From contig CAKPRZ010000004.1 of assembly GCA_934183165.1 (NCBI GenBank), forward strand, positions 5,998 to 69,997: a stretch of DNA of 64,000 nt. Reading direction: 5' to 3'. Shown one piece after another: positions 8,235 through 18,611 of the stretch (the stretch's first letter is position 1; each line of letters starts with the position of its first letter). The translations under genes and the position numbers were made by a program. A model generated the notes under the pieces. That model saw nothing but the letters and a program-made list of their open reading frames with translations. It searched no databases and was not told where the DNA came from. The DNA is from an uncultured Bacilli bacterium (GTDB taxonomy: Bacteria; Bacillota_I; Bacilli_A; RF39; UBA660).

Positions 8235-10382
8235 ATGGCTACAAAAAAGAAAAAAAGAATAAATTTTAGGCTTATATTTGCTTTAATAATAAATATTGTG
8301 TTAATTGCTAGTGGAGGATATTTAGTATCTTATATTATTAAACTAAATGATATTGAAAATACTTTACGATTACTTTTTTCAATACTATTTTGTATTATTA
8401 TGTTATTACTTGTTATTTTTAACTTGAAATTCAGTTCAAAATCAAAAAAAATCAAATATGGATTTTCGATATTATTTACATTACTTATAATAGCAGTTTC
8501 TATTTTTGCTAATTATAATTTGAGTAAAGTATTTACAACACTTAATAAATTAACTAGTAAAAATGAGACAGTATCTATTAGTTTAGTAACATTGAAAAGC
8601 AATAATATTGCTTCTGCAGAAAAGGTTCCAAAGAATGAAAAAATCGCATCGATATCTTCTGAGGTTGTAAGTCAAATTGACGAATTAACAAGTGGTTTTT
8701 TTAAAAAATATAATATTATAAATGAAATTTCTTACTATGATGGATATTTAGAGATTTTTAGTGATTTATTTGAAGGAAAAATTAAATATGCATTTTTACC
8801 TGTTGATTATGAAACGATTTTATCATCTCATGAAAAGTATTCTGGTGATGGGGATAAATTAAAATCACTTGCTAGTTATGAGATAAAACAAAAGGCAGAA
8901 CAAACAAAACAAAAAAGTGTTTTAGAGCCATTTACAGTATTGTTAATGGGTGTAGATACGTTATCTTCATCATATAATGCTGATACTCTTTTGGTTGTTA
9001 CATTTAACCCTAAAACATTATCTGCTACTATGCTTAGTATTCCACGTGATACTTATACAACTATTGCATGTACTAATAAAAAACACAAAATCAATTCATC
9101 TGGTTGGAGTGGTGATAAATGTGTAATTAAAACAGTTGAATCTTATATAGGTATTGATATAGATTATTATTTTAAAGTTAACTTCAAGGGTGTTGTTGAA
9201 CTGGTTGATTTACTTGGTGGTGTTGAAGTAGATGTGCCTTATTCATTCTGCGAACAAAATAGTAGCCGTAAATGGGGTAAAAACACAATTTATGTTGATA
9301 AAGGAGTACACAAATTAAATGGAGAACAAGCTTTAGCGCTTACTAGAAATAGACATTATTGGCCTAATAAATGTAGTAAAAAATATACAACTGAAGGAGT
9401 AAGAAGCGACTTTACTAGAGGACAAAATCAACAATTAGTGTTTAAAGCAATGTTAAATGAAGTAAAGAAAATAAATAATATTAATACAATATATAAAATG
9501 TTAGATTCACTTGGTAATAATATGGTTACTAATATGTCAACAGATACAATTTTATCTTTATATAATGTTGGAAAAGAAATATTAATAAAAATGAATTCAG
9601 GTGATAGAGATATATCACAGTTGATTAATATTCAAAAACTTAAATTTACAAGTTATACAAAAACTATAAGAGTAGGCAATTTAAATTTATCTATGGTTAT
9701 AAATCATGATAATAGTGTTAAAGTAGTAACTGATGCTATGAAAGTTAATTTGGGTTTAAAAGAAGCAAAAGTTATTAAAACGTTTGAATTTGATATAAAT
9801 AATGGATATGAAGAAACGGTTATAGGTAGTAAAGTGTATGGGGGAAGTACTATAGATACTGATGATAATGAGGCTTTATTACCTAACTTCGTTAGTAAAA
9901 CTGCTGACTATGTAGAAGAGTGGTGTAATAAAAACAATGTAAAACTAAGAATACAATACAAAAATGTAACTAGTGCTAGGTATTCTGATGGAGAAGTTCT
10001 ATCACAAACAATAAAGCCTAACACAAGGATTTCTAGTATTAAAACATTAAGTATAACAGTTGCAAAAGTAACAGAAGAAATAGAAAAAGATGAACAACAG
10101 GAACCGGTAAAAGAAACGTTTACCTATAAAAAATGTTTGGAAGAATCGTATAAAAATGATTCAAGATGTTTAGTTTCAAATTATGTTGGTAAAGATCTTT
10201 CAGTATTTAAATCTTGGATAAATAAAATTAATTTGGGACTTAAAGTTGATTATATAGAAAACAGTAAATCTGATAAACCAGCTAATACTATAATTAGTCA
10301 GAATATTTCAGGAGTTAGCATATATGAGTTAAATAATAGTGGTAATGTTTTAGAAATAACATACTCTACAAAAGAAGGATAA
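8235..10382 (+). CDS. LCP family (LytR-CpsA-Psr) cell-wall glycopolymer ligase with long C-terminal extension
   Basis: TM at the N-terminus. LCP core (VLLMGVDT..DTLLVVTFNPKT..LSIPRDTYT..YFKVNFKGVVELVDLLGGVEVDVP). Start chosen at the ATG after RBS aggagg. The listed ORF starts 21 nt earlier. Confidence 0.85.
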   Translation: MATKKKKRINFRLIFALIINIVLIASGGYLVSYIIKLNDIENTLRLLFSILFCIIMLLLVIFNLKFSSKSKKIKYGFSILFTLLIIAVSIFANYNLSKVFTTLNKLTSKNETVSISLVTLKSNNIASAEKVPKNEKIASISSEVVSQIDELTSGFFKKYNIINEISYYDGYLEIFSDLFEGKIKYAFLPVDYETILSSHEKYSGDGDKLKSLASYEIKQKAEQTKQKSVLEPFTVLLMGVDTLSSSYNADTLLVVTFNPKTLSATMLSIPRDTYTTIACTNKKHKINSSGWSGDKCVIKTVESYIGIDIDYYFKVNFKGVVELVDLLGGVEVDVPYSFCEQNSSRKWGKNTIYVDKGVHKLNGEQALALTRNRHYWPNKCSKKYTTEGVRSDFTRGQNQQLVFKAMLNEVKKINNINTIYKMLDSLGNNMVTNMSTDTILSLYNVGKEILIKMNSGDRDISQLINIQKLKFTSYTKTIRVGNLNLSMVINHDNSVKVVTDAMKVNLGLKEAKVIKTFEFDINNGYEETVIGSKVYGGSTIDTDDNEALLPNFVSKTADYVEEWCNKNNVKLRIQYKNVTSARYSDGEVLSQTIKPNTRISSIKTLSITVAKVTEEIEKDEQQEPVKETFTYKKCLEESYKNDSRCLVSNYVGKDLSVFKSWINKINLGLKVDYIENSKSDKPANTIISQNISGVSIYELNNSGNVLEITYSTKEG

Positions 10383-10386
10383 AAAA

Positions 10387-10411
10387 AGTACTGATAAATT
10401 TCAGTACTTTT
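10387..10411. terminator. Bidirectional terminator between convergent genes
   Basis: agtactga-taaatt-tcagtact hairpin flanked by A/T tracts on both sides. Confidence 0.65.
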
Positions 10412-10417
10412 AAAATG

Positions 10418-11044
10418 TTATTTTAAATTGCTTGCTTTTACAACTTCCATTGTTTTATCGTTTTTAGCTACAACAACTTGATATTTGCTTGGATAACCTA
10501 AATCCTTTTTATATTTTATATCCATATCAATATAATATGCATCGGATAATGTCTGTTTGTTATATTTAAAACTATTTTTGTTTGTTTTACTAATGGTTAC
10601 TTCAATAACTTCTGGTAATTCTTGTTTTCTATCACCATATACGTTACTTTGTATAGAACTATACATTCCACTCTGTGCTATTGATATAAAATCATCTTGA
10701 TAACTTTTATATACGAATTGGATACCACCAATATCACTACTTGTTAATTTATTTGATAAAGTAAATAAGTCAGTTACAAATAATTGGGCAACTTTTTTTG
10801 CGTAATCTTCTTCAACAACTGGATTCTTTTGTAAAATGTCTTTTAATTCATCAAATAGTGATTTCATATATTTTGTAGAATTGCTTTTTAAACTATAATC
10901 GTAGTTACTAATGTTATCTACTACAGTTACTTTTTTTCCACTACCTGTTGTTTCCTTTAATCTAGTATAAATTATATAACTTGTTCCTATAAACAGTATT
11001 ATAATAACTAATATTATTATTACTTTAAATATCTTCTTTCCCAT
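10418..11044 (-). CDS. Hypothetical membrane-anchored protein
   Basis: N-terminal TM (KVIIILVIIILFIGTSYIIY). It is the only convincing minus-strand gene in the first 48 kb. Confidence 0.6.
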   Translation of the reverse strand: MGKKIFKVIIILVIIILFIGTSYIIYTRLKETTGSGKKVTVVDNISNYDYSLKSNSTKYMKSLFDELKDILQKNPVVEEDYAKKVAQLFVTDLFTLSNKLTSSDIGGIQFVYKSYQDDFISIAQSGMYSSIQSNVYGDRKQELPEVIEVTISKTNKNSFKYNKQTLSDAYYIDMDIKYKKDLGYPSKYQVVVAKNDKTMEVVKASNLK

Positions 11045-11252
11045 TATATCACCATATAAATTCTAACATATATAATATTTATTTTCAATTTAAATTCTTT
11101 TTTGTTAGTAATAAAATTAATTTGAATTTATTGTATAGGCTTGAATAAAGCAGTTGATTTATGATAGAATTTATAATTGTAAGATAGATATTTGTATTAA
11201 TTTGTCGAATTTGAATAAAGAGGGTAATTAAAATAGGTTTAGGAGTGATTTT

Positions 11253-12701
11253 GTGAATAAAGTAAATAAACCAAATGAAGATTTGGAAATAATAGATATA
11301 TTTGAAGAGAATAACAATATCAGTAACAAAAATAATAGTGGTAAAGCAAGTAGTAAAAATAATAAAGTAAATAATAGTAAAACAAATAATAAAAAGACAA
11401 AAGCTGTGCGTAAACTAAAAAAAGGATTACTTGTTCAGACTGTTTTTTGTACTTTAAGTATTATTTTTATATTGGTTTGTTGTGTTTTTTATGGATCTAG
11501 GTTAGTAAAGTATTACAAAATATATAATCCCAAAGATGAGAGTGGAAAAGCCATTTCATTGATGGGTAATCATATTATAAGTACTTCATCAATTGTTTAT
11601 GAAGGTGAAGGATTATATTTAGTTAATGGAAATTATTTGTATAAGGGTGAAAAAGTAAATAATTATGTTAAATTTTCTAATTTAATATGGCGTATTATAA
11701 AAATTAATGAAGATAAATCATTAGATGTTATATTAGATCAACCTATTAATAATTTAATGTGGAACAATAATGTTACTGATTATTCAAAGTCTGATATTAA
11801 TAAATATTTAAATGATGAATTTTTGAAAATACTTGATAAAAATATGCTTTCTACAACCGCAGTATGTAAAGATAAAGTTGATGATGTTTCCAAAATAAGT
11901 TGTAAAGATATAGATACTTCTAATTATGTTAGATTATTAAATATAGATGAATTCTTAAATAGTAAAGCAACGGATAGTTCATTTATTTCTAACACAAATA
12001 ATATTTGGTTAACAACAAGAGGAAATACTAGAGCATGGACAACAAATAATAATAGTTTATCATATAGCGAAACAACAAATACTTATAGCGTAAAACCTGT
12101 TATTACATTAAAAAACTCTAATCAAATAACTAGTGGAGATGGAAGTAAAGACAATCCATATGTTGTTGGTAATAATAAAAATGAAATAACAGTTGGTAGT
12201 CATATTAAATTAGATAATGATATATGGACAGTTTATTCTTTAAAAGATGAAAAAATATATTTATCTCTTACTAATTTATATAAAAAAGGAACAAAAACAT
12301 ATCGCTTTGATTTAAAGGAGAATAAGTATAATGTTGAAAACACATCATCTTTAGCTAAATACTTAAATAATGATTTTTATAACAGTTTGAGTTATAAAAA
12401 TTTATTACTAGATACAGTATGGTATACTGGTGAATATAATAACAGCTATAAAGATATATATAGTAGTCAAATAAATGCTAAAGTAGGATTAAGTAGTGTT
12501 ACAGATCTAAAATTTGATAATGTTCAAAATTACTATTTGTTGAATGGTACAAAAGAAAATAGGATATATTTATATGGTGATACATTAATAGAGTCAAAAC
12601 CTACATTATCAAGAGCAATAAAGCCATCTATTTGTATTAAAAAAGGAAAGTTAAAACAAGGACAAGGAACTTTAGAAGATCCTTATGTATTGGAGGGATA
12701 A
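11253..12701 (+). CDS. Hypothetical type-II membrane protein with N/K-rich N-terminus
   Basis: GTG start. Low-complexity N-terminus, then a TM (LVQTVFCTLSIIFILVCCVFYG). Large extracytoplasmic domain with no recognised family. Confidence 0.6.
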   Translation: MNKVNKPNEDLEIIDIFEENNNISNKNNSGKASSKNNKVNNSKTNNKKTKAVRKLKKGLLVQTVFCTLSIIFILVCCVFYGSRLVKYYKIYNPKDESGKAISLMGNHIISTSSIVYEGEGLYLVNGNYLYKGEKVNNYVKFSNLIWRIIKINEDKSLDVILDQPINNLMWNNNVTDYSKSDINKYLNDEFLKILDKNMLSTTAVCKDKVDDVSKISCKDIDTSNYVRLLNIDEFLNSKATDSSFISNTNNIWLTTRGNTRAWTTNNNSLSYSETTNTYSVKPVITLKNSNQITSGDGSKDNPYVVGNNKNEITVGSHIKLDNDIWTVYSLKDEKIYLSLTNLYKKGTKTYRFDLKENKYNVENTSSLAKYLNNDFYNSLSYKNLLLDTVWYTGEYNNSYKDIYSSQINAKVGLSSVTDLKFDNVQNYYLLNGTKENRIYLYGDTLIESKPTLSRAIKPSICIKKGKLKQGQGTLEDPYVLEG

Positions 12702-12703
12702 TA

Positions 12704-13707
12704 TGAAAAAGTTTACAATTGTGATGATTATAATAGATGTTATAGTTGCAACTTGCTTTGTTGTTGTTTATGCCTTTCCAGGATTAAGAAATAAAATAAT
12801 ATCAACGGCAATGATTACTAAAACACATCAATATATTGCCTATGTATTTTATAGCGAAGAAACTATTAGTGAAGTAACTTCTCAAAATAAATATATTCCA
12901 CTTACAGATAATGTTAAACTTGATGATATAGTTATTAATACAGCCGAGAGAGATAGTTATGATAATAAGTATGATGAAGAAATTTTAACAAGAGATCCAA
13001 ATAATGAAGATTATAAATATATAAAAGTAAAAGTCGGCGGTAAATATGATGGACATTTAGTTGCAATATATGATCCATCAAAAGTTAAATTGATTGCCTC
13101 AAAAACATTTAATACAGGTCATGGGCAAGAACGTATAAAAGATATGTGTAAAAGATCTAATGGTATAGTTTGTATTAATGGTGGTAGATTTAACGATACA
13201 ACAGGATATGGTAGCGATATTCCAAAAGGCACTCTTATAAAAGATAGTAAGGTTATATGGTCTGATACTAAAAAAGCTACTAATTTAATAGGATTTAATA
13301 AAGAGGATAAATTAGTTTTAACAAAGAAAACTGCAGATGATGCTATAGCTATGGGACTTAGAGATGCCCTTGAATTTGGACCATTCTTGATTGTAAATGG
13401 TAAAAAATTACAATATGAATCAAAAGCTGGTGGATATGATAGAGCAGCACGTGTAGCAATAGCACAAAGAAAAGATGGAGTAGTATTATTCCTAGTTACT
13501 GAAGGAGTCCATACTAATGGGCCAACTTTGGTTGAAGTTATAGAATTATTAGAAAAATATGGAGCATACAATGCTGCTAACTTAGATGGTGGAACTTCAG
13601 CTCAATTAGTTATAAAAGATAAACTTATCAATAATCCTCTTACTGTTTATGGTAAAAAAGTAACCGATGGTAGACGTGTAGTAAGTGGTTTTGGACTTAT
13701 TAAGTAG
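12704..13707 (+). CDS. Phosphodiester glycosidase family protein (paralog of 6932..8176)
   Basis: Motifs IVCINGGRF, RVAIAQRKDGVVLFLVTEG and NAANLDGGTSAQL. Start chosen at the ATG after RBS ggaggg. The listed ORF start overlaps the upstream gene. Confidence 0.75.
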
Positions 13708-13712
13708 GTGAT

Positions 13713-14870
13713 GTGATGAAAAAAAGTAAAATTTTTGTTATATTGCTTCTGACAATATTAGGTATATCATGTATTGCTGGTGGAATTTATTTTAAAGATT
13801 ATTCTAAAACTCCTATTAAGAAAATATATGATGATATTCCTTATCCAGTTGTAAAAGAAAATAAACTTTCTTTAATTATGGTAGGCGATGCTCTTATACA
13901 TGGGGCAGTTTATGCTGATGCTAAAACAAGTGCTAATAAGTATAATTTCTTACCTATGTTTACTGAAGTTAGAGATGTATTTAAAGGATATGATTTGGCT
14001 TTTTATAATCAAGAAACAGTTTTAGGAGGATCTGAAATAGGTATTTCAACATATCCTAGATTTAATTCACCATACGAAGTTGGGGATGCCTTTTTAGATA
14101 TGGGATTTAATTTAGTTAGTTTAGCAACTAATCATACTCTTGATAGAGGATTTAAGGCTATAGAAAATTCTAGAAAATATTGGAATACAAAGAAAGATTC
14201 AGTGATAGCAGCTGGTTCTTATGCAACTCAGGAAGAAAAAGATGAAGTAATAGTAAAAGAAAAAAATGGTATTAAATATGGACTTTTAGCATATACAACA
14301 TTAACTAATGGATTAGTAAGAGATAAGGGAAAAGAATATTCTTTAAATGTTTTTGATAAAGAACTTGTTAAAAAAGATGTTGAAAAATTAAAAGAAAAAG
14401 CTGATTTAATAATTGTTTCAATGCATTGGGGTGTTGAATATTCTCATTCTGTTTCAGCAGAACAAAAAGAAATTGCTAAATATTTATCTGATCTAGGTGT
14501 AAATGTTGTAATTGGAACTCATCCTCATGTTGTTGAACCTGTAGAATTCGTTGGAAATACTTTAGTAGTTTATTCTTTGGGGAATTTTATATCTGCGCAA
14601 ATAGGAGTAGAAAAGTTAACAGGCTTAGTAGTTGATGTTAATATCTCAAAGACAACAATCGATGATAAAGTATATATAAATGTTGAGGAGCCAAGAGCGG
14701 ATTTGGTATACACATGTAAAGCTAAACAGTGTGGTCATTTTAAGGTTTATCCTTATAATAAATTAAATAATAAAATATTACCAAATAAAGATACCTTATT
14801 TAATAAATATATGGGAATTGTAAGGAATCTCGACAAAAACATTAAAACTATTTATACAAAGGAAGCATAG
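13713..14870 (+). CDS. CapA/PGA_cap family metallophosphatase-like protein (capsule/poly-gamma-glutamate biosynthesis family)
   Basis: Motifs MVGDALIHG, LATNHTLDRG, SMHWGVEYS and IGTHPHVVEP..VVYSLGNF. Confidence 0.8.
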   Translation: MMKKSKIFVILLLTILGISCIAGGIYFKDYSKTPIKKIYDDIPYPVVKENKLSLIMVGDALIHGAVYADAKTSANKYNFLPMFTEVRDVFKGYDLAFYNQETVLGGSEIGISTYPRFNSPYEVGDAFLDMGFNLVSLATNHTLDRGFKAIENSRKYWNTKKDSVIAAGSYATQEEKDEVIVKEKNGIKYGLLAYTTLTNGLVRDKGKEYSLNVFDKELVKKDVEKLKEKADLIIVSMHWGVEYSHSVSAEQKEIAKYLSDLGVNVVIGTHPHVVEPVEFVGNTLVVYSLGNFISAQIGVEKLTGLVVDVNISKTTIDDKVYINVEEPRADLVYTCKAKQCGHFKVYPYNKLNNKILPNKDTLFNKYMGIVRNLDKNIKTIYTKEA

Positions 14871-14945
14871 CTTCTTTTTTTTCTTAAAAATCTATTTTTT
14901 TTACTGGTTTTGTTATATAATTATGAATAGAAAAGAGTTGATAAA

Positions 14946-17900
14946 ATGAAATATAAAATAATGGATGGTAATGAAGCTTGTAGCTATGTTTCATATAAAT
15001 TTACTGAACTTGCAGGAATTTATCCTATAACACCAGCATCACCTATGGCAGAATATGTAGATAAAGCATCATCTGCTGGAGCTCTTAATTTTTGGGGAGA
15101 TCCTGTATCAGTAGTTGAAATGCAAAGTGAAGCTGGAGCCATTGCAATGGTTCATGGTGCATTGCAAAATGGAACATTAGCTACAACATATACAGCGTCA
15201 CAAGGATTATTACTAATGATTCCTAATATGTATAAAATTGCTGGTGAAATGTTACCATGCGTTATCAATGTAGCGGCAAGAAGTATTGCAACGCATTCAT
15301 TATCTATTTTAGGAGATCACCAAGATATATATGCAACAAGGCCTACAGGTTTTGCTATTTTTGCAACATCAAATGCTCAACAAATAATTGATTTAACCGC
15401 AGTTCCTTATTTATCAACTATAAAGGGTTCTATTCCTTTTATTAACTTTTTTGATGGCTTTAGAACTAGTCATGAATTACAGAAAGTAGAACTTATTGAT
15501 AACAATAAATTAAAAAATTTAATTGATAAGAAAAAATTAAAAGAATTTAAAAAACATGCTTTAAGTATAAATAATGTTACAAGAGGAACTAATCAAAATG
15601 ATGATATTTATTTTCAGATAGCTGAAGCAAGAAATAAATATTATGATGCCTTACCAGATATAGTAAATAATTATATGGATGAAATCTCTAAAATTACCGG
15701 AAGAACATATAAAATATTCGATTATTATGGTGATCCAAAAGCAAATAAAGTAATAGTGGCAATGGGATCTGTTTGTGAAACAATAAAAGACACTATTGAT
15801 TATTTAAATAAAAATGGTGAAAAGGTAGGATTAATAGAAGTTCATTTATATAGACCGTTTAGTACTAAATACTTTTTGGAATCATTACCTAAAACTGTTA
15901 AGAAGGTTGCTGTTTTAGATAGAACTAAAGAACCTGGGGCTAGTTGTCCACTTTATTTGGATGTAAAAAATGTTTTAGCAAGCTATAATAAATCTATAAA
16001 AGTTGTTGGTGGTAGATATGGCCTTTCAAGTAAAAATACGACGCCATATCAAATTAAAGCAGTATATTCATATTTAGATAGCGAAGAAGAAAAAGAATTT
16101 ACTATAGGGATAAAAGATGATGTTACTAATTTAAGCTTAGAAGATGAATATTTTGAGCTTGATAACCAAAATCATGAAATTTTAGTCTATGGATATGGCT
16201 CTGATGGTATGGTTAGTGCCTCAAAAGACATTATTAAAATTATTGGAAATAATACTAATGCATATACTCAAGGATATTTTGAATATGACTCTAAAAAATC
16301 AGGCGGTTTAACAAGATGTCATTTAAGATTTGGTAAGGAACCAATAAGAGCAACTTATTATGTAGAAAATCCTAAGATAGTTGTATGTACTAAAGATGAT
16401 TACTTAGAAAAATATAATATGCTTGATAATATTAAGAATGATGGTATTTTAATCTTAAATACTGAGAAAAGTGATAAAGAATTAGAAAGTGTTATCACTC
16501 CACATGATAAAAAAATTATTAAAGAGAGAAATATAAAACTATATACAATTGATGCTAGTAAAATTTCTCTAAAAAACGACATAGGAAATAAAATAAATAT
16601 GATAATGGCAACTGCTATATTTAAAATAGGAAATATTATTCCATTTGATTTTGCCATTAAGGAACTTGAAAAGTCCCTAGAAATAATTTTAACGAATAAA
16701 GGACAAGATTTAATAGAAAAGAATAAACAAGCAATTGATGAAGCTATTGATAATTTAAAATATGTCGAATTATCTATATCTGAAGTGAAAGAGGAAATGA
16801 ATTTACATAATGTATTTGATTTAATAGATAGAAAAGAAGGTAATAAGTTATCAGTAAGTGAGTTAAGTGAGTTTATTGATGGTAGCTTTCCAGGTGGACT
16901 TTCTAAATATGAAAAGAAAAATATTGCTGAAGAATTACCGTGTTATAATAGTGAGAACTGTATAATGTGTGGACAGTGTTCATTTGTTTGTCCTCATGGC
17001 GTTATCAGACCATTCTTATTAGATGAAATAGAACAACGTCATGCACCTGATAGTGTAAAGGATGACTTAAAAGATTCACTTATAAAAGATCAAAATTTAA
17101 AGTATACAATAGGTGTTGATTTTACTAACTGTACAGGATGTGGATTATGCAGTAAAATTTGTCCTGGTAAAAAAGGCGTTAAAGCATTAACTATGCAACC
17201 AACTAATGAAGTCAAAAACTATACTAATATAGAATCGAATAAGTATTTATTTGAAAAAGTAAAAGAACATGTATGTATGCCAATTACTACAGTTAAAGGT
17301 AGTCAGTTTGTAAAACCAAAATTTGAATTTTCTGGTGCTTGTGCTGGATGTGGACAAACTCCTTATTTAAAACTTTTAACCCAATTATTTGGTAATGAAT
17401 TAGTAATTGCTAATGCAACTGGATGTTCTTCAATATATGGTGGAAGTATTCCAAAAACACCATATAGTGTTCCATGGGCCAACTCTTTATTTGAAGATAA
17501 TGCTGAATTTGGATTTGGACTTGCTGTATCTGATCGCTTGAATAAAGAAAAAATAAAAAGAAATCTTTATAAAGACATTGACAAAGTTTCTGAACAAGAA
17601 AAAGAAATTTATGCAAGCTATTATAAAAGAGGTGATTATGCTTCAAGCTGTTTATTATATGAGGTAGTAAATAAAAGTAAAAATAAAGATTTGTTAGCGA
17701 TGAAAGATTATATCAAAACTAAATCTTTTTGGATTGTTGGTGGAGATGGTTGGGCATACGATATTGGATTTGGTGGATTAGATCATGTTTTGGCAAGCAA
17801 AGAAAATGTAAATATTTTGGTGCTTGATACAGAAGTTTATTCAAATACAGGAGGACAAATGTCCAAATCTAGTAGAAGTGCTAGCGTAGCTAAATTTGCA

Positions 17901-18371
17901 TCTAGTGGTAAAAAAACAGAAAAAAAAGATTTAGTAAAAATTGCTTTATCATATCCTCATGTTTATGTAGCAACGGTATGTTTGGGAGCTAATATGAATC
18001 AATTAATTAAGGCAATGACTGAAGCAAAACAATATAATGGCCCTTCAATAATAATTGCTTATTCTCCTTGCATAGCACATGGTATATTAACTGGTGTGAC
18101 CGATAGTATTAATGAGGAAAAAAGAGCAGTTGATTGTGGATATTTTCCATTAGTAAGATATAACCCTGTTGAAAAGGTATTTACTCTTGATAGTAAAAAT
18201 CCTGATTTTAATAAATATTTTGAATTTATACTTGGTGAAGATAGATATAGAGTATTAAAAAAAGTAAATCCAAAAGAATACAAAGATTTATTAGAAAACA
18301 ATAAGAAAGAAGCAATTGATAGATTTAACTATTATAAAGAACTTAGTGATAAATTAAAAAAAGTAGAATAA
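14946..18371 (+). CDS. nifJ: Pyruvate:ferredoxin (flavodoxin) oxidoreductase
   Basis: 1141 aa. N-terminus MKYKIMDGNEACSYVSYKFTELAGIYPITPASPMAE. Two 4Fe-4S ferredoxin motifs (CIMCGQCSFVCPHG and CTGCGLCSKICPG). TPP-binding region GGDGWAYDIGFGGLDH. Confidence 0.95.
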   Translation: MKYKIMDGNEACSYVSYKFTELAGIYPITPASPMAEYVDKASSAGALNFWGDPVSVVEMQSEAGAIAMVHGALQNGTLATTYTASQGLLLMIPNMYKIAGEMLPCVINVAARSIATHSLSILGDHQDIYATRPTGFAIFATSNAQQIIDLTAVPYLSTIKGSIPFINFFDGFRTSHELQKVELIDNNKLKNLIDKKKLKEFKKHALSINNVTRGTNQNDDIYFQIAEARNKYYDALPDIVNNYMDEISKITGRTYKIFDYYGDPKANKVIVAMGSVCETIKDTIDYLNKNGEKVGLIEVHLYRPFSTKYFLESLPKTVKKVAVLDRTKEPGASCPLYLDVKNVLASYNKSIKVVGGRYGLSSKNTTPYQIKAVYSYLDSEEEKEFTIGIKDDVTNLSLEDEYFELDNQNHEILVYGYGSDGMVSASKDIIKIIGNNTNAYTQGYFEYDSKKSGGLTRCHLRFGKEPIRATYYVENPKIVVCTKDDYLEKYNMLDNIKNDGILILNTEKSDKELESVITPHDKKIIKERNIKLYTIDASKISLKNDIGNKINMIMATAIFKIGNIIPFDFAIKELEKSLEIILTNKGQDLIEKNKQAIDEAIDNLKYVELSISEVKEEMNLHNVFDLIDRKEGNKLSVSELSEFIDGSFPGGLSKYEKKNIAEELPCYNSENCIMCGQCSFVCPHGVIRPFLLDEIEQRHAPDSVKDDLKDSLIKDQNLKYTIGVDFTNCTGCGLCSKICPGKKGVKALTMQPTNEVKNYTNIESNKYLFEKVKEHVCMPITTVKGSQFVKPKFEFSGACAGCGQTPYLKLLTQLFGNELVIANATGCSSIYGGSIPKTPYSVPWANSLFEDNAEFGFGLAVSDRLNKEKIKRNLYKDIDKVSEQEKEIYASYYKRGDYASSCLLYEVVNKSKNKDLLAMKDYIKTKSFWIVGGDGWAYDIGFGGLDHVLASKENVNILVLDTEVYSNTGGQMSKSSRSASVAKFASSGKKTEKKDLVKIALSYPHVYVATVCLGANMNQLIKAMTEAKQYNGPSIIIAYSPCIAHGILTGVTDSINEEKRAVDCGYFPLVRYNPVEKVFTLDSKNPDFNKYFEFILGEDRYRVLKKVNPKEYKDLLENNKKEAIDRFNYYKELSDKLKKVE

Positions 18372-18392
18372 AAAAATATTCTACTTTTTTTC
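18363..18392 (+). terminator. Rho-independent terminator of nifJ
   Basis: gtagaata-aaaaaa-tattctac followed by ttttttt. It overlaps the stop codon. Confidence 0.7.
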
Positions 18393-18468
18393 ACAAAAAA
18401 GAAGCTGTCCCCCTGAGAACAGCTTCATAAAAAAGAATAAAAAGGGGTTGGCTAGTGTGATACTAGCG

Positions 18469-18501
18469 ACCAATTCGCCATTTGTGAATTGGTGATTTTT
18501 A
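18469..18501 (+). terminator. Second intrinsic terminator-like hairpin
   Basis: accaattc-gccatttgt-gaattggt followed by gattttta. Confidence 0.5.
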
Positions 18502-18561
18502 TAATAATCGAAGATGGTCGTTTTGTCAATAAAAAATTGATAAAAATAATAAATATTTTAT

Positions 18562-18591
18562 TTGAAGTTAATTAAGCAAATGTGATATAAT
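18562..18591 (+). promoter_or_regulatory. sigma-A type promoter for recG (extended -10)
   Basis: -35 TTGAAG, 18-nt spacer, then TGaTATAAT extended -10 at 18583-18591, about 20 nt upstream of the recG start. Confidence 0.5.
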
Positions 18592-18611
18592 ATGCAACAG
18601 GAAGTGGTTAT

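Noticed and set aside
12685-12703. Listed ORF start at 12685 overlapping the upstream gene by 17 nt
   Set aside because: An ATG at 12704 is preceded at correct spacing by a strong RBS (ggaggg), and the product then begins MKKFTIVMI. This start is preferred.
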